From positions 1,010,247 through 1,074,246 of the forward strand of contig CM082594.2 in NCBI GenBank assembly GCA_040954595.2: a stretch of 64,000 nucleotides of DNA, read 5' to 3'. This DNA comes from Balanoglossus misakiensis (Eukaryota; Animalia; Hemichordata). The notes beneath the pieces are model-generated. The model was not told the DNA's origin, did no database searches, and saw nothing but the letters and a program-made list of their open reading frames with translations. Shown here one piece after another: positions 40,643-51,560 of this stretch. Within the stretch, counting starts at the first letter, position 1. Each line of letters opens with the position of its first letter. The translations under genes and the position numbers were made by a program.

Positions 40643-42710
40643 TAGTCGAGTTGACAGTCACTACAACTGTATTGCAAATATGGCAGGGTTGGGCAACTCT
40701 TCTTATTTGCATTTGAACACCTTTTCTGTTTGCGTCAAAATGATGAATAATGTTTCGTTTTCAAGAATGCCTTAATATGGGCACCCAAAACAAGACAACT
40801 GCATTGCAAATGACATTTTCATTCAACTCTCCTGGGTACCTAAAACAATTTCAACATGGTTGACATGGCAATATTAGACAACTGTTCTAATTTGCATAAT
40901 CCAAAATGGCCGCCAAATTTCTCTAACATGTTAATTTCCCATATTTGTCTTAAATGGTGTGTAATATCGAATTTGCAGGGTTTCCATTAATATGGGTACC
41001 TAAAACAATTTCAACATGGTTGACATGGCAATATTAGACAACTGCTCTAATTTGCATAATTCAAACACCTGCTGGATAATTTAACTTTTGCCATTCTTGT
41101 CCCATGATTGTATGTATTATATCTCATAACAGGCAATTAAGTGTGCTAATTGTCAAGCCAATCTTAATTCTTCATCTGCACCACAAATCAGATGCAAGGT
41201 TTAGGACTGGGAGTGTATGTGGGAGCAGCATATAGGGGCCTACAGGTATCTTTAATGGCAAGTCCTCGGTTAAAGCCAGAAGGTTTTCAGGTTGTAGGCC
41301 TCTATTGTATCTGCAACAGTTTCTATCACCTCCATCCCACTGGCCGGCACCAGAGGGGGGGGGGGGGTACTTCAAAATTTTTCGGATGGTAGTCTCTCGC
41401 CCCAGTCGATAACATCAACACGTGTAAATGCCCAAAACCCGACCTATTTGTATTATAAGTCAAATTTTCTGGTCATTTACCCCAAGTTTTTCTTAAAGAC
41501 TACATACCTATACACCTTTGTATGGGAGAACACATCCCCCACCCCCCTGCCAACACTAATTGGACAACTTTATTCTTGTTATACTTCTTTATAAGTCTAA
41601 ATGTTCAGTAAGAAAAGGCAACAAGTTATTGAAGCTGCTGACCATGGAAACTATGATGAAGTATATTTTTTTCCTAGCTGTACATGTACAGTATAATTGG
41701 CCCAATGTACCAATTGGAGATGTGTGCCTTACAAGCAACACAGGTTGTATATCCAAGCCTTGTCTGTTGGCACTATGAAGGGTATTGGAAGAATGTCTCT
41801 GCTGGCCACTTTGGCCAGCCACTTTTGGCCAGCAGACTATCAAAAGGGTCAAGAAAATAGCCCTAAAAGGTATGGCACTGTATGCAAATCTAGTGCAGGA
41901 GTGGATTGATACATTTCCCATCACTGTACATGCATCATCCTGTATGGATGATATGTACTCTAGCATTATGTACCAGATAAAAATGGTCAAAATTGCAAAA
42001 AAAGGAGATGAAACTCCCACTGTCCTTTAACGCAATCCATAGATAAAGAGACAACATGTTCAGGCATTGGATCTAAACATGGTGGATACTGACGAGGGTG
42101 TGGTGAATGATGGTGAATCCCTGGATGTTTTGAGGTTGGAATTCTGAAAAGGATTCCCATCGTGAGATTGAGGAACAGGATGATGCAGAGGGGCTGGCTC
42201 TTTGTGACTCCTATCAGTGGGGATAGACATATATTTGGGATACAGAGGTTGCACTTCCTTGCTTCATGATTAGTACGGTAACACTGCCAAATTTGCAACA
42301 CAGTTGTATTGTTAAAGGTACCCATATGAATGTGCTAATCCTGAAAATACGATATTGCGCATCATTTTGGGAAACATGGCAAAATTTCACTTTTAGTGGT
42401 GATTGGCGGCCATTTTTGATTATGCAAAATAGAAAAGTTGCCAAACACTGCCATACTTGCAATACATAACCAATATGGATGCAAATCCTGAAATTTTAGA
42501 TATTACACATAATTTTGAGAAAAAAGGGCCAAGTTTTATTTTAGAGAAGGTATTTGGCGGCCATTTTTGATCATGCATATTAGAAGAATTGTCCATCATT
42601 GCCATTTTGGCAACTCAGCTGGAATAGGTCTAGGCTCCCATATGAATGCCAATAAGCAAAAAACTTCATAGGAAAGAAAATTTCTAGGTAGGAAAATTTT
42701 GACTCAACTT
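40643..42710 (+). mobile_element. Internally deleted, degenerate Academ DNA transposon
   Basis: Starts TAGTCGAGT and ends ACTCAACTT (imperfect TIR). Flanked by CTG on both sides; the empty-site paralog gagactgtCTGgttctaataatag is at ~21234. Subterminal ggcggccattttggattatgcaaa repeats lie in opposite orientation at each end, with a transposase remnant inside. Confidence 0.7.
41150..42200 (+). pseudogene. Academ transposase C-terminal remnant (XPG-like H3TH motif, Cys-rich CXC tail, acidic tail), frameshifted
   Basis: Fragments LGLGVYVG..TGIFNGKSSVKA (~41200-41280), YDEVYF.PS, LEMC.LQATQVVYPSL...GYWK, TIKRVKKIALKG..CK...HCTC, then D/E-rich codons. Confidence 0.5.
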
Positions 42711-43075
42711 CTGGTTCTAATAATAGGTGTAAGGATGTGATCGTTTGATTTTGCAACATTTTACAATTTCAAGCTGTGTGTCTTTAACAGTTGTTGTTGT
42801 AGGGACAAATGGCTCAAACCATTCATCTGACAATATAGCACTACACATTGTGCAGTACCTTTGACAATGCTTGGAACAATGTTGCAACAAAGCTTTGTGT
42901 TGAAGCTTGCTACAAGACTTGGCGTGCTGAAGCCTCTTATACTAGTCTTAGTTGAACCTCAGCTGTAACTACGTTTGTGAAACCTTAACATTCAAATCTT
43001 TGGCCAAAGTTAGGGTTGCAAAGCTTCTTCAAAGTTTTGTGAACCTCAACAATGCTTTTCTATAGAAACCTTTAA
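42711..43075 (-). pseudogene. Further hAT-like remnant, continuing the sequence interrupted by Academ
   Basis: ctggttctaataatag...ttttgcaacatttta...tttcaagctg matches the A copies. The minus strand gives broken SIEK..VEVHKTL and SFVATLFQ fragments. Confidence 0.4.
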
Positions 43076-43080
43076 ACATG

Positions 43081-44431
43081 CGGGGGGGGGAGGGGGGGAC
43101 ACCAACATCGTAGTCAGTGAGGTCATCTATGGTGGTGGGCGCGTCTTCCACTCGGCACTCCTCTGCGCACGCTTGGGGGATAAAAAATGCATCAAAAACC
43201 CCTGGCGCGTCCTCGCTCGGCTCCTCCCACCCCTGGAAGACGCACAGGCGCTTCATCATCACCATGGACTCCGGTGAACAAAAGGATTCCGTAGGGATCC
43301 GTCCAGGTCCGCCCCTGCGGATAAAGAAGTCTAGCAGGTCGGGTATTTCATTTCCTGGACCACACAGCCAGTATAGGTGAGTTTCTCTAACGCCTCCACC
43401 GCGTCCCGCTCGCGGAATACTTCCGGCTTCTCAGTAAAAATAACTGGAAGGTGGCACTGAAAGGCATGTTTCTTCAGTTTGCGCGTGGACCTCCGGCATC
43501 CCGGTAACGGACATGGAGAAGGGCCTGATGAGTAATGTGGAACAGAGGATAGGGGGCTCCTTCGGGCCGGCCTGGCGCTCCTCCAGCGGCGTTCGTCTTC
43601 TTTGGGCGGTTCCAGCGTCGGATACCGGATCGTTGATCGACGTCTGGGGCTGAGATCTCCCCAGCGTGAAAAGGATGGTCGTTCACGGGAAGGTGGGCGG
43701 TCCCGCCTTTCCTCCCGAGAACGCTCCGGTCGCGGCGACCGGGTTAGGGATGTGGACCTAGTAGGGCTGCCGGGGTGGTGTCGAAGTTCCCAGGGGATTA
43801 GATATTCCCCCGCCTCCAACTTCGCCTCCAGCTCCAATGGGTTGATCAGTGACTGCAGCGGCAGCGTTTCTTGGCGTGGGGGTGATGGCTCCTGCAGCAG
43901 CCGTTGGTTTCCCCCGTCTCTCGCTACTGCTATTGGGGTGATACACGGGTGCGGGGTGGGTCTGGCCCTTCCGACACCTCCATCGCCTGGTCCTTGTCGC
44001 CACCGAGTACCTGTTTTTCCAGCTGCGGATCCCGGAAGATGCTCAAAGTTTCCTCCAGGTCGTCAGCTGCGGTGGTGGTTCTTTTGGGCTCTTGCGGGGA
44101 GATATGGCCAACGAATCCCCCACGTACGCGGCCTGGATTGAACTCCCGAGGTAGTGTGCAGGTTTTTATGGCTGCGTCGGATGGTACGGGCAGGTTGGCT
44201 TCGGTCTTTTCCTTCCCGTATACATGCATGGCCTCCTCCCGTACCGTGGACATCCATCCTATGTCGCCTAGAACCGTGGCTACTTGACAGTTCTCACGGA
44301 GCATCAGGAACATTGTATCCTCGTCTACACCAAGTTGCCTCAGTTCGGGGGATGACACTGATGGGGTCCAACAGTTTCCCTCGGCCGCAGCGATAGCGAA
44401 TCTCATCTAATTCGAGTTGTCTGGAATCCAT
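43081..44431 (-). pseudogene. Extra 3' ORF of the Gypsy element (R/S/P-rich linker, CPxxGC..H...H zinc finger, possible TatD-like start), frameshifted and truncated
   Basis: Branch point CTAAC, polypyrimidine tract and CAG directly before the ATG at 44431. ORF pieces 43930-44406, 43331-43837 (CPLPGCRRSTRKLKKHAFQCHLP) and 43029-43265. Confidence 0.55.
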
Positions 44432-44536
44432 TCTGGGGACAAAAAGAAAAGAAAGAAAATTAACGGTTAGTGGGTCCTCGCCTGTGACGAGTCATAGCCC
44501 TACCCGATGGCATTTTCTCCTTTTCCCTGTGTTCCC

Positions 44537-46027
44537 TTAATCGTCGATCCCCTCCCCCTCGCAGTTCGGACAGTGGAAGGGATCAGTCGAGTTGACCTGC
44601 TTTTGGGTGAGATTGACGCATGTGCTGTGGAACCAGTCGTAACAGATGTCACACTGGACCATCAGCTTCCCTGTGTCCGGCCCACGGCAGATACAGTAGG
44701 TCTGTTCCCGGTTTTTGTCCTGCGGATCATGATCCCCACCCTTTAGGGGCAGTGACCTCTTGAATTTAACTATCCAGCTGGGCAGTTGCGCTTCCCTACA
44801 CAACCTTATTCTGTCGTGGTTCGCGGTGGCGATGCATCTCGGAAGTTTCACTCGGTACAAATATGGCGATAATTTCGCTATCACTATTCCTGGTCCTTTC
44901 CATGGGGGGCTCAGTTTTTTACATTTCCCTCTTACCGTCACTGAGTCCAGAAGGTAGACGGGATCTCCGACTTCATATGAACGGAGTCGGGCCTTCAAGT
45001 CGTAGTCCCGCTTCATTCTTTCCTGGGTGACCTGCAGTTTTTCCTGAGCGAGGTCATGGGCTTCTTTGATGGCGCTCCCCAGGCTGCTCACATATTCTTC
45101 ATGGTCTTGGGCTGGCGTTGGTTTCCCGAAGACCAGGTCGGCCGGTTGGTTCACTTCCCGCCCCAGCATAAGGCAATTAGGTGTGAATCCAGTATTTCTG
45201 TTTACGGAGGTCCGAATGGCTCCGGCGATTTGGGGTAGGAATTTGTCCCACTCGTTCTGTTTGCATCCATGAGGGTCCGGTTTTGCCGCTCCATCTGGCT
45301 GTTCGCGGAACAGCTGACTTTCGAAATTACTGCCTCTATCTGTGAATATCTCGAATGGCCATCCGAATCGAGAAAAGAATTCCCCTACAGCTGCCTTAGC
45401 GGTTGCCTCTGCCGTTTGGGTAGGCAGTGGAATGCACTCTACCCACTTGATGAATTGGTCGACCATGACTAGGATATATTCGTTTTTTCGGGGTGTCCGG
45501 GGCAGTGGTCCAAGGAAGTCCAGATGTACCCTTTCCATAGGTGATCCCACGTGGTATCGGGTCAGAGGGCACCTCGCATGTCGCTGTGGTTTCTTGTGCT
45601 TGTTGCAGTCGTGGCACGAGGCTACGTAGCTGCGTACATCATCTGCCATCCGATGCCAGTGGTACTTCATTTGGAGTCTGGCCAGCGTCCGTTGCACGCC
45701 CTGATGTCCCGCTGAGGGGATCGCATGGTTCAGTTCGATTACTTCCGATATCATTGTTCTGGGGATGACCAGTTTTCCTTCGCCCCCGTCCTCGGATTTC
45801 CTCCGGAGTACTGGCATCTTCGGGTCCACATAATATATCTCGCGGTTTATCCAGGCATGTTTTGCGGCGGTGCTGAGTAGTGCCAATGCGCTTTCCGCGG
45901 GGGTTTGACCAGTATCCAGCCATTCCAGTATCGGCCGTAGATTGGCATCCTCCTGCTGTTGCCGGTATATCGTTTCCAAGGTTTCTCGCCACGGCGTGTC
46001 GGTCTCTGGCGAGCTGCTCCTGGTCAC
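44537..46027 (-). pseudogene. pol: Gypsy integrase (H2C2 zinc finger, DDE core with internal deletions) with a C-terminal PHD finger
   Basis: H..PSAGHQG...CHDC; RVHLDFLGPLP; FTDRGSNFES; the ERQNRTL motif is out of frame. C-terminus YCICRGPDTGKLMVQCDICYDWFHSTCV...FHCPNC fits C4HC3. Confidence 0.93.
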
Positions 46028-46048
46028 CGTGCATACCTTGGGGTCCTC

Positions 46049-46879
46049 CTATTCCGCCTGTGTATCTTCACTGAAGGAGGTGTCCTCTCCCATGGAGTCT
46101 ATTCCGATTGACTTTAGTATTTCGTCGAAATCGAATCCTTCTCCTGGGTCCTCTGGGGGGTCTGCGAGGTGGTCACTCGCTTCGTCTTCTTCGCTGCCTA
46201 AGTTTACCGTGCAGACGTCTTGCCTAATGTCATTGGATGGTTGTGAGGCTAACGGTATTACTTCGTCTACCCCGGTGACGAAGTCTCCCCAATTTCTGTG
46301 CGCTCGTTGGCAATAGTCACATCCGCCGCAGGGAAGTTCGTCCGGCGTAACGCTGTGGCGGTAGTGTCCCTGCGGTTCAATTCTGGATAGGGCATCCGCG
46401 TTGAGGTGTTTGTTCCCCGGCCTATGCTGAACCGTCATGTTGTACTGGCTAAGTTCTTCCAACCACCGGGCCAATTGTCCTTGGGGCGCTTTAAACCTCA
46501 GCAGCCAGGCCAGACTGCTGTGGTCCGTCCGTTTTATGAAATGGTTCCCCAGCAAGTAGTGTCGGAATAACCGGGTAAATCGTACTACTGCTAGGAGTTC
46601 TTTTCGGGTCGTGCAGTACCTTGTTTGTTCGGGTGTTAATGCGAAGCTGGCGTATGCGCTCACTCGTTCTTCTCCATCCTGCACCTGGAGAAGTTCCGCT
46701 CCCACGGCAATGTCCGATGCGTCCGTGTCCAATGTGAACAGGTCTTTTGGGTTCAGTAACGTGAGTACCGGCACCGATGTTAAGCAATCTTTTAGCGCCT
46801 CGAAGGCCAGCCGTTGCTCTCCGCCCCACTTGAAAGGCTTTTTCCCGTAACTGCGTACAGCGGGCGGCCAACTTGGCAT
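46049..46879 (-). pseudogene. pol: Gypsy RNase H
   Basis: FTLDTDASDIAVGAELLQ, YCTTRKELLAVV, RTDHSSLAWL, GQLARWLEEL, HLNADALSR. Confidence 0.95.
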
Positions 46880-46909
46880 GGTCCTTTATAAACGAGCGGT
46901 GTTAATTGG

Positions 46910-47860
46910 CTAACCCTGCGAAAAGTTCCACCTCCTTGGTGTTTTTTGGTGTCGGCCAGTTGCGTACCACGTCAACGGAACGCGGTCCAGTCCTATGGTT
47001 CCTTTGCGGACAATCCGCCCCAGGAACTTCACCTCTGTCTGAAACAGTTCACACTTGCGGGGGCGTAGTTTCAACCTGTATTCCCAGATCCGGATGAACA
47101 CGTCTCGCAGATTCTGGAGATGGTTTGCAAAGTCCGCCCCAAGTACCATGATGTAGTCTAAAAATGCTAGTACTACCTCCCATGTCAGCCCACGCAGCAC
47201 CAGATTCATGGCTCGCGAGTATGTGGCAGTGGTGTTGCACAGGGCGAAGGGCATACGGGCGAATTCATACAGCCCGTACTTTGTGGTAAAGGCAGTCTTC
47301 TTGCGGTCCTCTTTGTCCACTTGTATTTGCCAGTACGCTGAATTGGCATCTAGTTTCGAGAACCACTCGTTCCCGGCCAGCGTGTCCATGCAGTCCTCTA
47401 TCAGCGGCAAGGGGAATACGTCTTTTCCGATCACATTGTTCAGCGTCTCATAGTCGACGCACCAGCGGACTGTCCCGTCCCTCTTCCTTACCAATACTGG
47501 TGCCGAAGCCCATTCTGATGTTGAAGGTTGGATTACCCCTGACCGCAGCATTTTCTTGAGGTGGGCCTCCTCCTCCCCCACGAAGCGTAGTGGGGTTCGG
47601 CGCATCCTCTGCTTCACTGGTCGCGCGTCCCCTGTATCGATACTGTGCGCAAGGGCTGTGAAGTTCCCCAGGTCATATTCATTTGCAGCAAAGACATCCT
47701 GGAACTCGATAAGTAGCTCTTTCATTTCATGGGACTGTTTCTCCGTCAGATTGGCTGCTGATTTTTCTGACAATTCCCTCAAGTGGTCTGGGAGCTCGTC
47801 CTTGCCATGCGGTGAAGTTTCTGTGAGTAGTTCAAGCTCGTTGACTGTGCCTGTGGCAAT
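46910..47860 (-). pseudogene. pol: Gypsy reverse transcriptase
   Basis: SEWASAPVLVRKRDGTVRWCVDY, FSKLDANSAYWQI, KTAFTTKYGLYEF.RMPF. The catalytic motif has decayed to FLDY. Confidence 0.95.
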
Positions 47861-48018
47861 TATTCTCACATCCTGAAGGAACGAACCGAATTGAAGTAGC
47901 TGTCTTCCCTTGACCTCGGAGTAGACACAGCCCTTTCAAAGAAATAACCTATGACCTATGACATGAATATTTAAATAATATCCCATATACACCTGCCTTA
48001 CGGACGAGCCACCATCTT
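47860..48018 (+). repeat. DIRS left ITR
   Basis: Reverse complement of 52730-52889 with few mismatches. Confidence 0.95.
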
Positions 48019-48342
48019 TTCCTCTTGGCTTCAAGTGAGTAGCACAGTGCCTGAAGCTCCTGGGTTTTTCCTGGGAGCGTTGGTGAGTGTTTTAAACACA
48101 GGTAGTTGTTTGTATTTCATTTTTAGACCGATATGTTATCCCAATTTTTGCCTTGGACGTTGTATATTTTCCTGTTCAGCTTTTTGATGGATGTATTTTT
48201 TTTCCTTTGTCAGTTTTCATACACATGTGTCAACCATTTTGGATTTGTGGAGCACATGTGTGGTGAAATGTTGAGAATTTTTTCTTGCTATTTTTGTCTA
48301 ATACGTTTTAGTGTAGGCATGCTTCTGTGTTCTTGCAGAACC

Positions 48343-49677
48343 ATGACTGACTTGCTTGCAGCCGTTGTCGAAGATAGTTCTGCAGACATGAGTGCTAATG
48401 ACTCTGTGAATGTTACACCAGGCTAGCATAGTGGGACAGCAAATCGTTCTTCTGTTCCGTAGTCCCAGGTCCTTATGGAGATGGTGTCAGGCCTGGCCAA
48501 GTCCGTCCAACAGTTGACTGAAAATCAGAAGAAATGGTTAGGTGCTGCCAGAGATGGTCGCCGTACCAGTGAAATGGACTTGGAAGCGAACGCAGCGGAT
48601 GGCATTCCCCTTGCTTGCATTGGGGTAGCAGGTCCCTCGGGTGCACACGAGGTGCTTCCTCCATTGAGTGACTGTACCTGTCGCCAAGGCCCAGTTTATG
48701 TGGCCCCTGAGTCTCTTCGAGACGTTCGTGCACAGGATAAACACGCTGGTCGTGTTAATTTCCTACTGGATGTGGATTCAGACGACTCTTCGGATGTCGA
48801 GTAACCACCTCATCGCCGTTCATCGTTTCGGAAAGAGAAATCCAGAAGAAAGAAAGGTAAGAAGAAAGACAATAAGTCTAAGGCTTCACCAGTTTCATCA
48901 GGCGATTCTTCTTCTACTGGAAGTTCAGATTGTGAGTTTGATAACCCACATGACAGAAATACTGGTGTGGAGTTTTCCAAGTCGGTCCGGTCTTGGTTTA
49001 TACAGCAACGTACAAATGCTCTGAGTGCAGATGACAAAAAGGAAATGAAGGAACGTTATGAAGTGTCTTCAAAACATGAGAAATTATTCTTATCTCCTGC
49101 TCTGCCTGAACATCTTGCTACTCATTGGGAGAAGCAACCAGTTACTAAACCTATGATGCAGCAGGACCATAGAATTCGGAAAGCTGCTGATAATTTATTG
49201 TTGTCGCAACTTCCGTTGTTGGAAATTTTGCAGACGGCTCATGATGGTGTGTCAATTGATCCACAAATTCTTCTAACTACCATTCAACTTAGTATTACTC
49301 TGTTCGGTAGTGCTTTTCGTGGTCTACAGATAGCAAGACAGAAGGCCTTTGAATCTGTGCTTCCAAATATGTATGCTTCTTTGAAGAAATTGGAACCATC
49401 CATGGCTACATTATTTGGAGATGAGCCACTGAAGGAGGCAAAGAAGGCAAAGCAGGCCCATAACGTTGTGGTTGATATGACCTCTAGGGGTCAAGGGTCA
49501 ACTGGAAGTGCAGCAGGCCAGTTCCGCAAATGCCCCATGTCTACCTACAAGTCCAGGTATGGCCAAAGTGGATATGGTAAGCGGTCTCAATACTCCAAGT
49601 TTATACAGTATGGTTCTTCACCCAAGTTTGCGAGAACTGATGGCGCTGGTCAGTCCTTTCGTGGCAAAAAACAGTGA
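48343..49677 (+). pseudogene. DIRS ORF1 (gag-like) with premature stops
   Basis: ATG follows a splice acceptor at 48338. Pieces 48475-48804 and 48967-49677 (LFLSPALP, ARQKA, TLFGDE, basic tail). Sits upstream of RT. Confidence 0.7.
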
Positions 49678-49714
49678 TGTTTTCCCTCATCAAGAGCAGT
49701 TACTTACTCATCCC

Positions 49715-51560
49715 CAGGTAGAGGGTCGTCTAGCTTTATTTCTTCACCAGAGTGGCGGCAGCTAACTTCAGACCCATGGATACTAGAAACAGTGCAAGGT
49801 TACAAGCTGGAACTCGTGTCAACACCAGTGCAGTCGCATCTACCAGTTACGGCTGTTCAGTCATGCCATGTAGATTTGATCGACACAGAAATACAGTCTT
49901 TGTTACAAAAGGCGGCAATACATCCAGTGGTACCAGTTCAAGGTCAGTTTGTGTCAACAATATTTCTAGTACCCAAAGTGTCAGGAGGTTGGCGCCCGGT
50001 TTTCAACCTGAAATCACTCAATCGGCACATTGCTTATCAGCACTTCAAGATGGAGGGCCTTCAGCATGTCAAGGCGCGACTAAGTCCAGGCGACTTCATG
50101 GCCACAGTAGACTTGAAGGATGCATATTTCACTATCCCAATTTTTGTAGATCACAGAAAGTTTCTTCGGTTTATTTGGAAGGAGACGATGTTCGAATTTG
50201 CAGTTCTGCCGTTCGGCATTGCCAGTGCTCCTCGAGTTTTTACGAAAATGTTGAAGCCAGTCGTCGCACAGTTTCGTCGCCAAGGTATTCGATGTGTAAT
50301 TTATATAGACAACCTCCTGATCCTGGGGGAATCCAGGAAGATTGGCCAAGCGAATGTAGAGACAGCTGTGCAACTTCTGCAGAGTGTAGGTTTCCTCGTA
50401 AATTGGGAAAAATCCAAACTTCAACCAAAACAGTAAGTTCAGGTTTTGGGTATGATGATCAACTCCATAGACATGACGATCAGTTTCCCACAGGAAAAGG
50501 TACAGAAACTCCAATCAGAATGTTGCTGGGAAAAGAAGTGGTCACTGTGCGTTGCCTAGCAAAGGTGTTGGGGCGAATGACAGCAGCTCTGGAGGCGAAA
50601 ACTGTGGCGCCACTTCATTACCGGGCTCTTCAGAAAGATCAGCTGAAGGTGCTCGCTCAGACAGGGTGCTTCGATTCCCCATTGAGTCTCTCTCGAGCAG
50701 CAAAGACAGAGTTGAGATGGTGGGTAGAATGTCTTCATGCGTGGAATGGCAAGTCCCTACTACCACATACACCGCAACTGATAGTTCAGACAGATTCGTC
50801 CATCAGAGGATGGGGAGCAGTATGCGGGCACAACTCGGCACAGGGACAGTGGAACCAGAGTCTCCACATAAATCAGCTGGAGATGCTGGCAGTTTGCAGA
50901 GGATTGGAGCGTCTGGCAAGTCATCTGCAGGACATCTGTGTCGAAGTCCAGTGAGACAATACATCAGTAGTGTCTTACATCAACCGTCAGGGAGGCACTC
51001 GATCTTGGCCTCTGAGCGAGTTGGCGGCCAGTCTGTGGTTGTGGTGCCTGAAGCGCAACATTCTACTATCAGCAGTGCATCTGCCGGGGAGAATCAATTA
51101 AGAGGCGGATTACCTTTCGCGAAAATTCAACGACAATCTGGAATGGCAGCTCAACCCAGTTGTGCTCCAGAAAGCCCTCCGGATGTTGCAGTGGATACCG
51201 CAAGTGGACCTGTTTGCGACACATCTGAATGCACAGCTTCCTCGTTACGTCTCTTGGAAACCAGATCCACAAGAATGGCGAATAGACGCATTTTCCATTC
51301 AGTGGAACAAGCTGGTAGACTATGTGTTTCCTCCGTTTTGTCTTCTTCCAAGAATTCTGCACAAAGTTCATCAGGACAAGGCACGCATAGTTCTGGTGGC
51401 CCCAGTGTGGACGACTCAACCCTGGTATCCGGATTTGCTTTCACTTCTGATACAAAATCCGTTATTGCTCCCACAAGTCCCAGACCTGTTAGTCGATCTG
51501 TTGACAGGGCAGAATCATCCACTCGCAAACCAAATGTTGCTAGCCGTGTGGCCGCTCTCA
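49715..51560 (+). pseudogene. DIRS ORF2: RT, RNase H and DNA N6-adenine methyltransferase-like domain
   Basis: DPWILETVQGYKL, FLVPKVSGGWRPVFNLK, VDLKDAYF, LPFG, YIDN (decayed YxDD). RH: QTDSSIRGWGA, HINQLEM, DNTSVVSYINRQGG. MT: VDLFAT, DAF, YVFPPF. Stops at 50434 and 50952 and a frameshift near 50520. Confidence 0.93.

Larger units (their letters stand above)
32415..41750 (-). repeat. Right arm of the giant imperfect inverted repeat
   Basis: Colinear inverted homology with 13995-26145 once arm-specific insertions are removed. The ORF track shows mirror peptides at 25980+ and 32408-. Confidence 0.95.

Noticed and set aside
43081-44431. env gene (errantivirus-like)
   Set aside because: No signal peptide, fusion peptide or TM helix. 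The composition is R/S/P-rich with a zinc finger.
49752-50954. 400-aa ORF as an independent gene
   Set aside because: The first part is an alternative frame over RT. The last part is the frameshifted RT-RNase H continuation.
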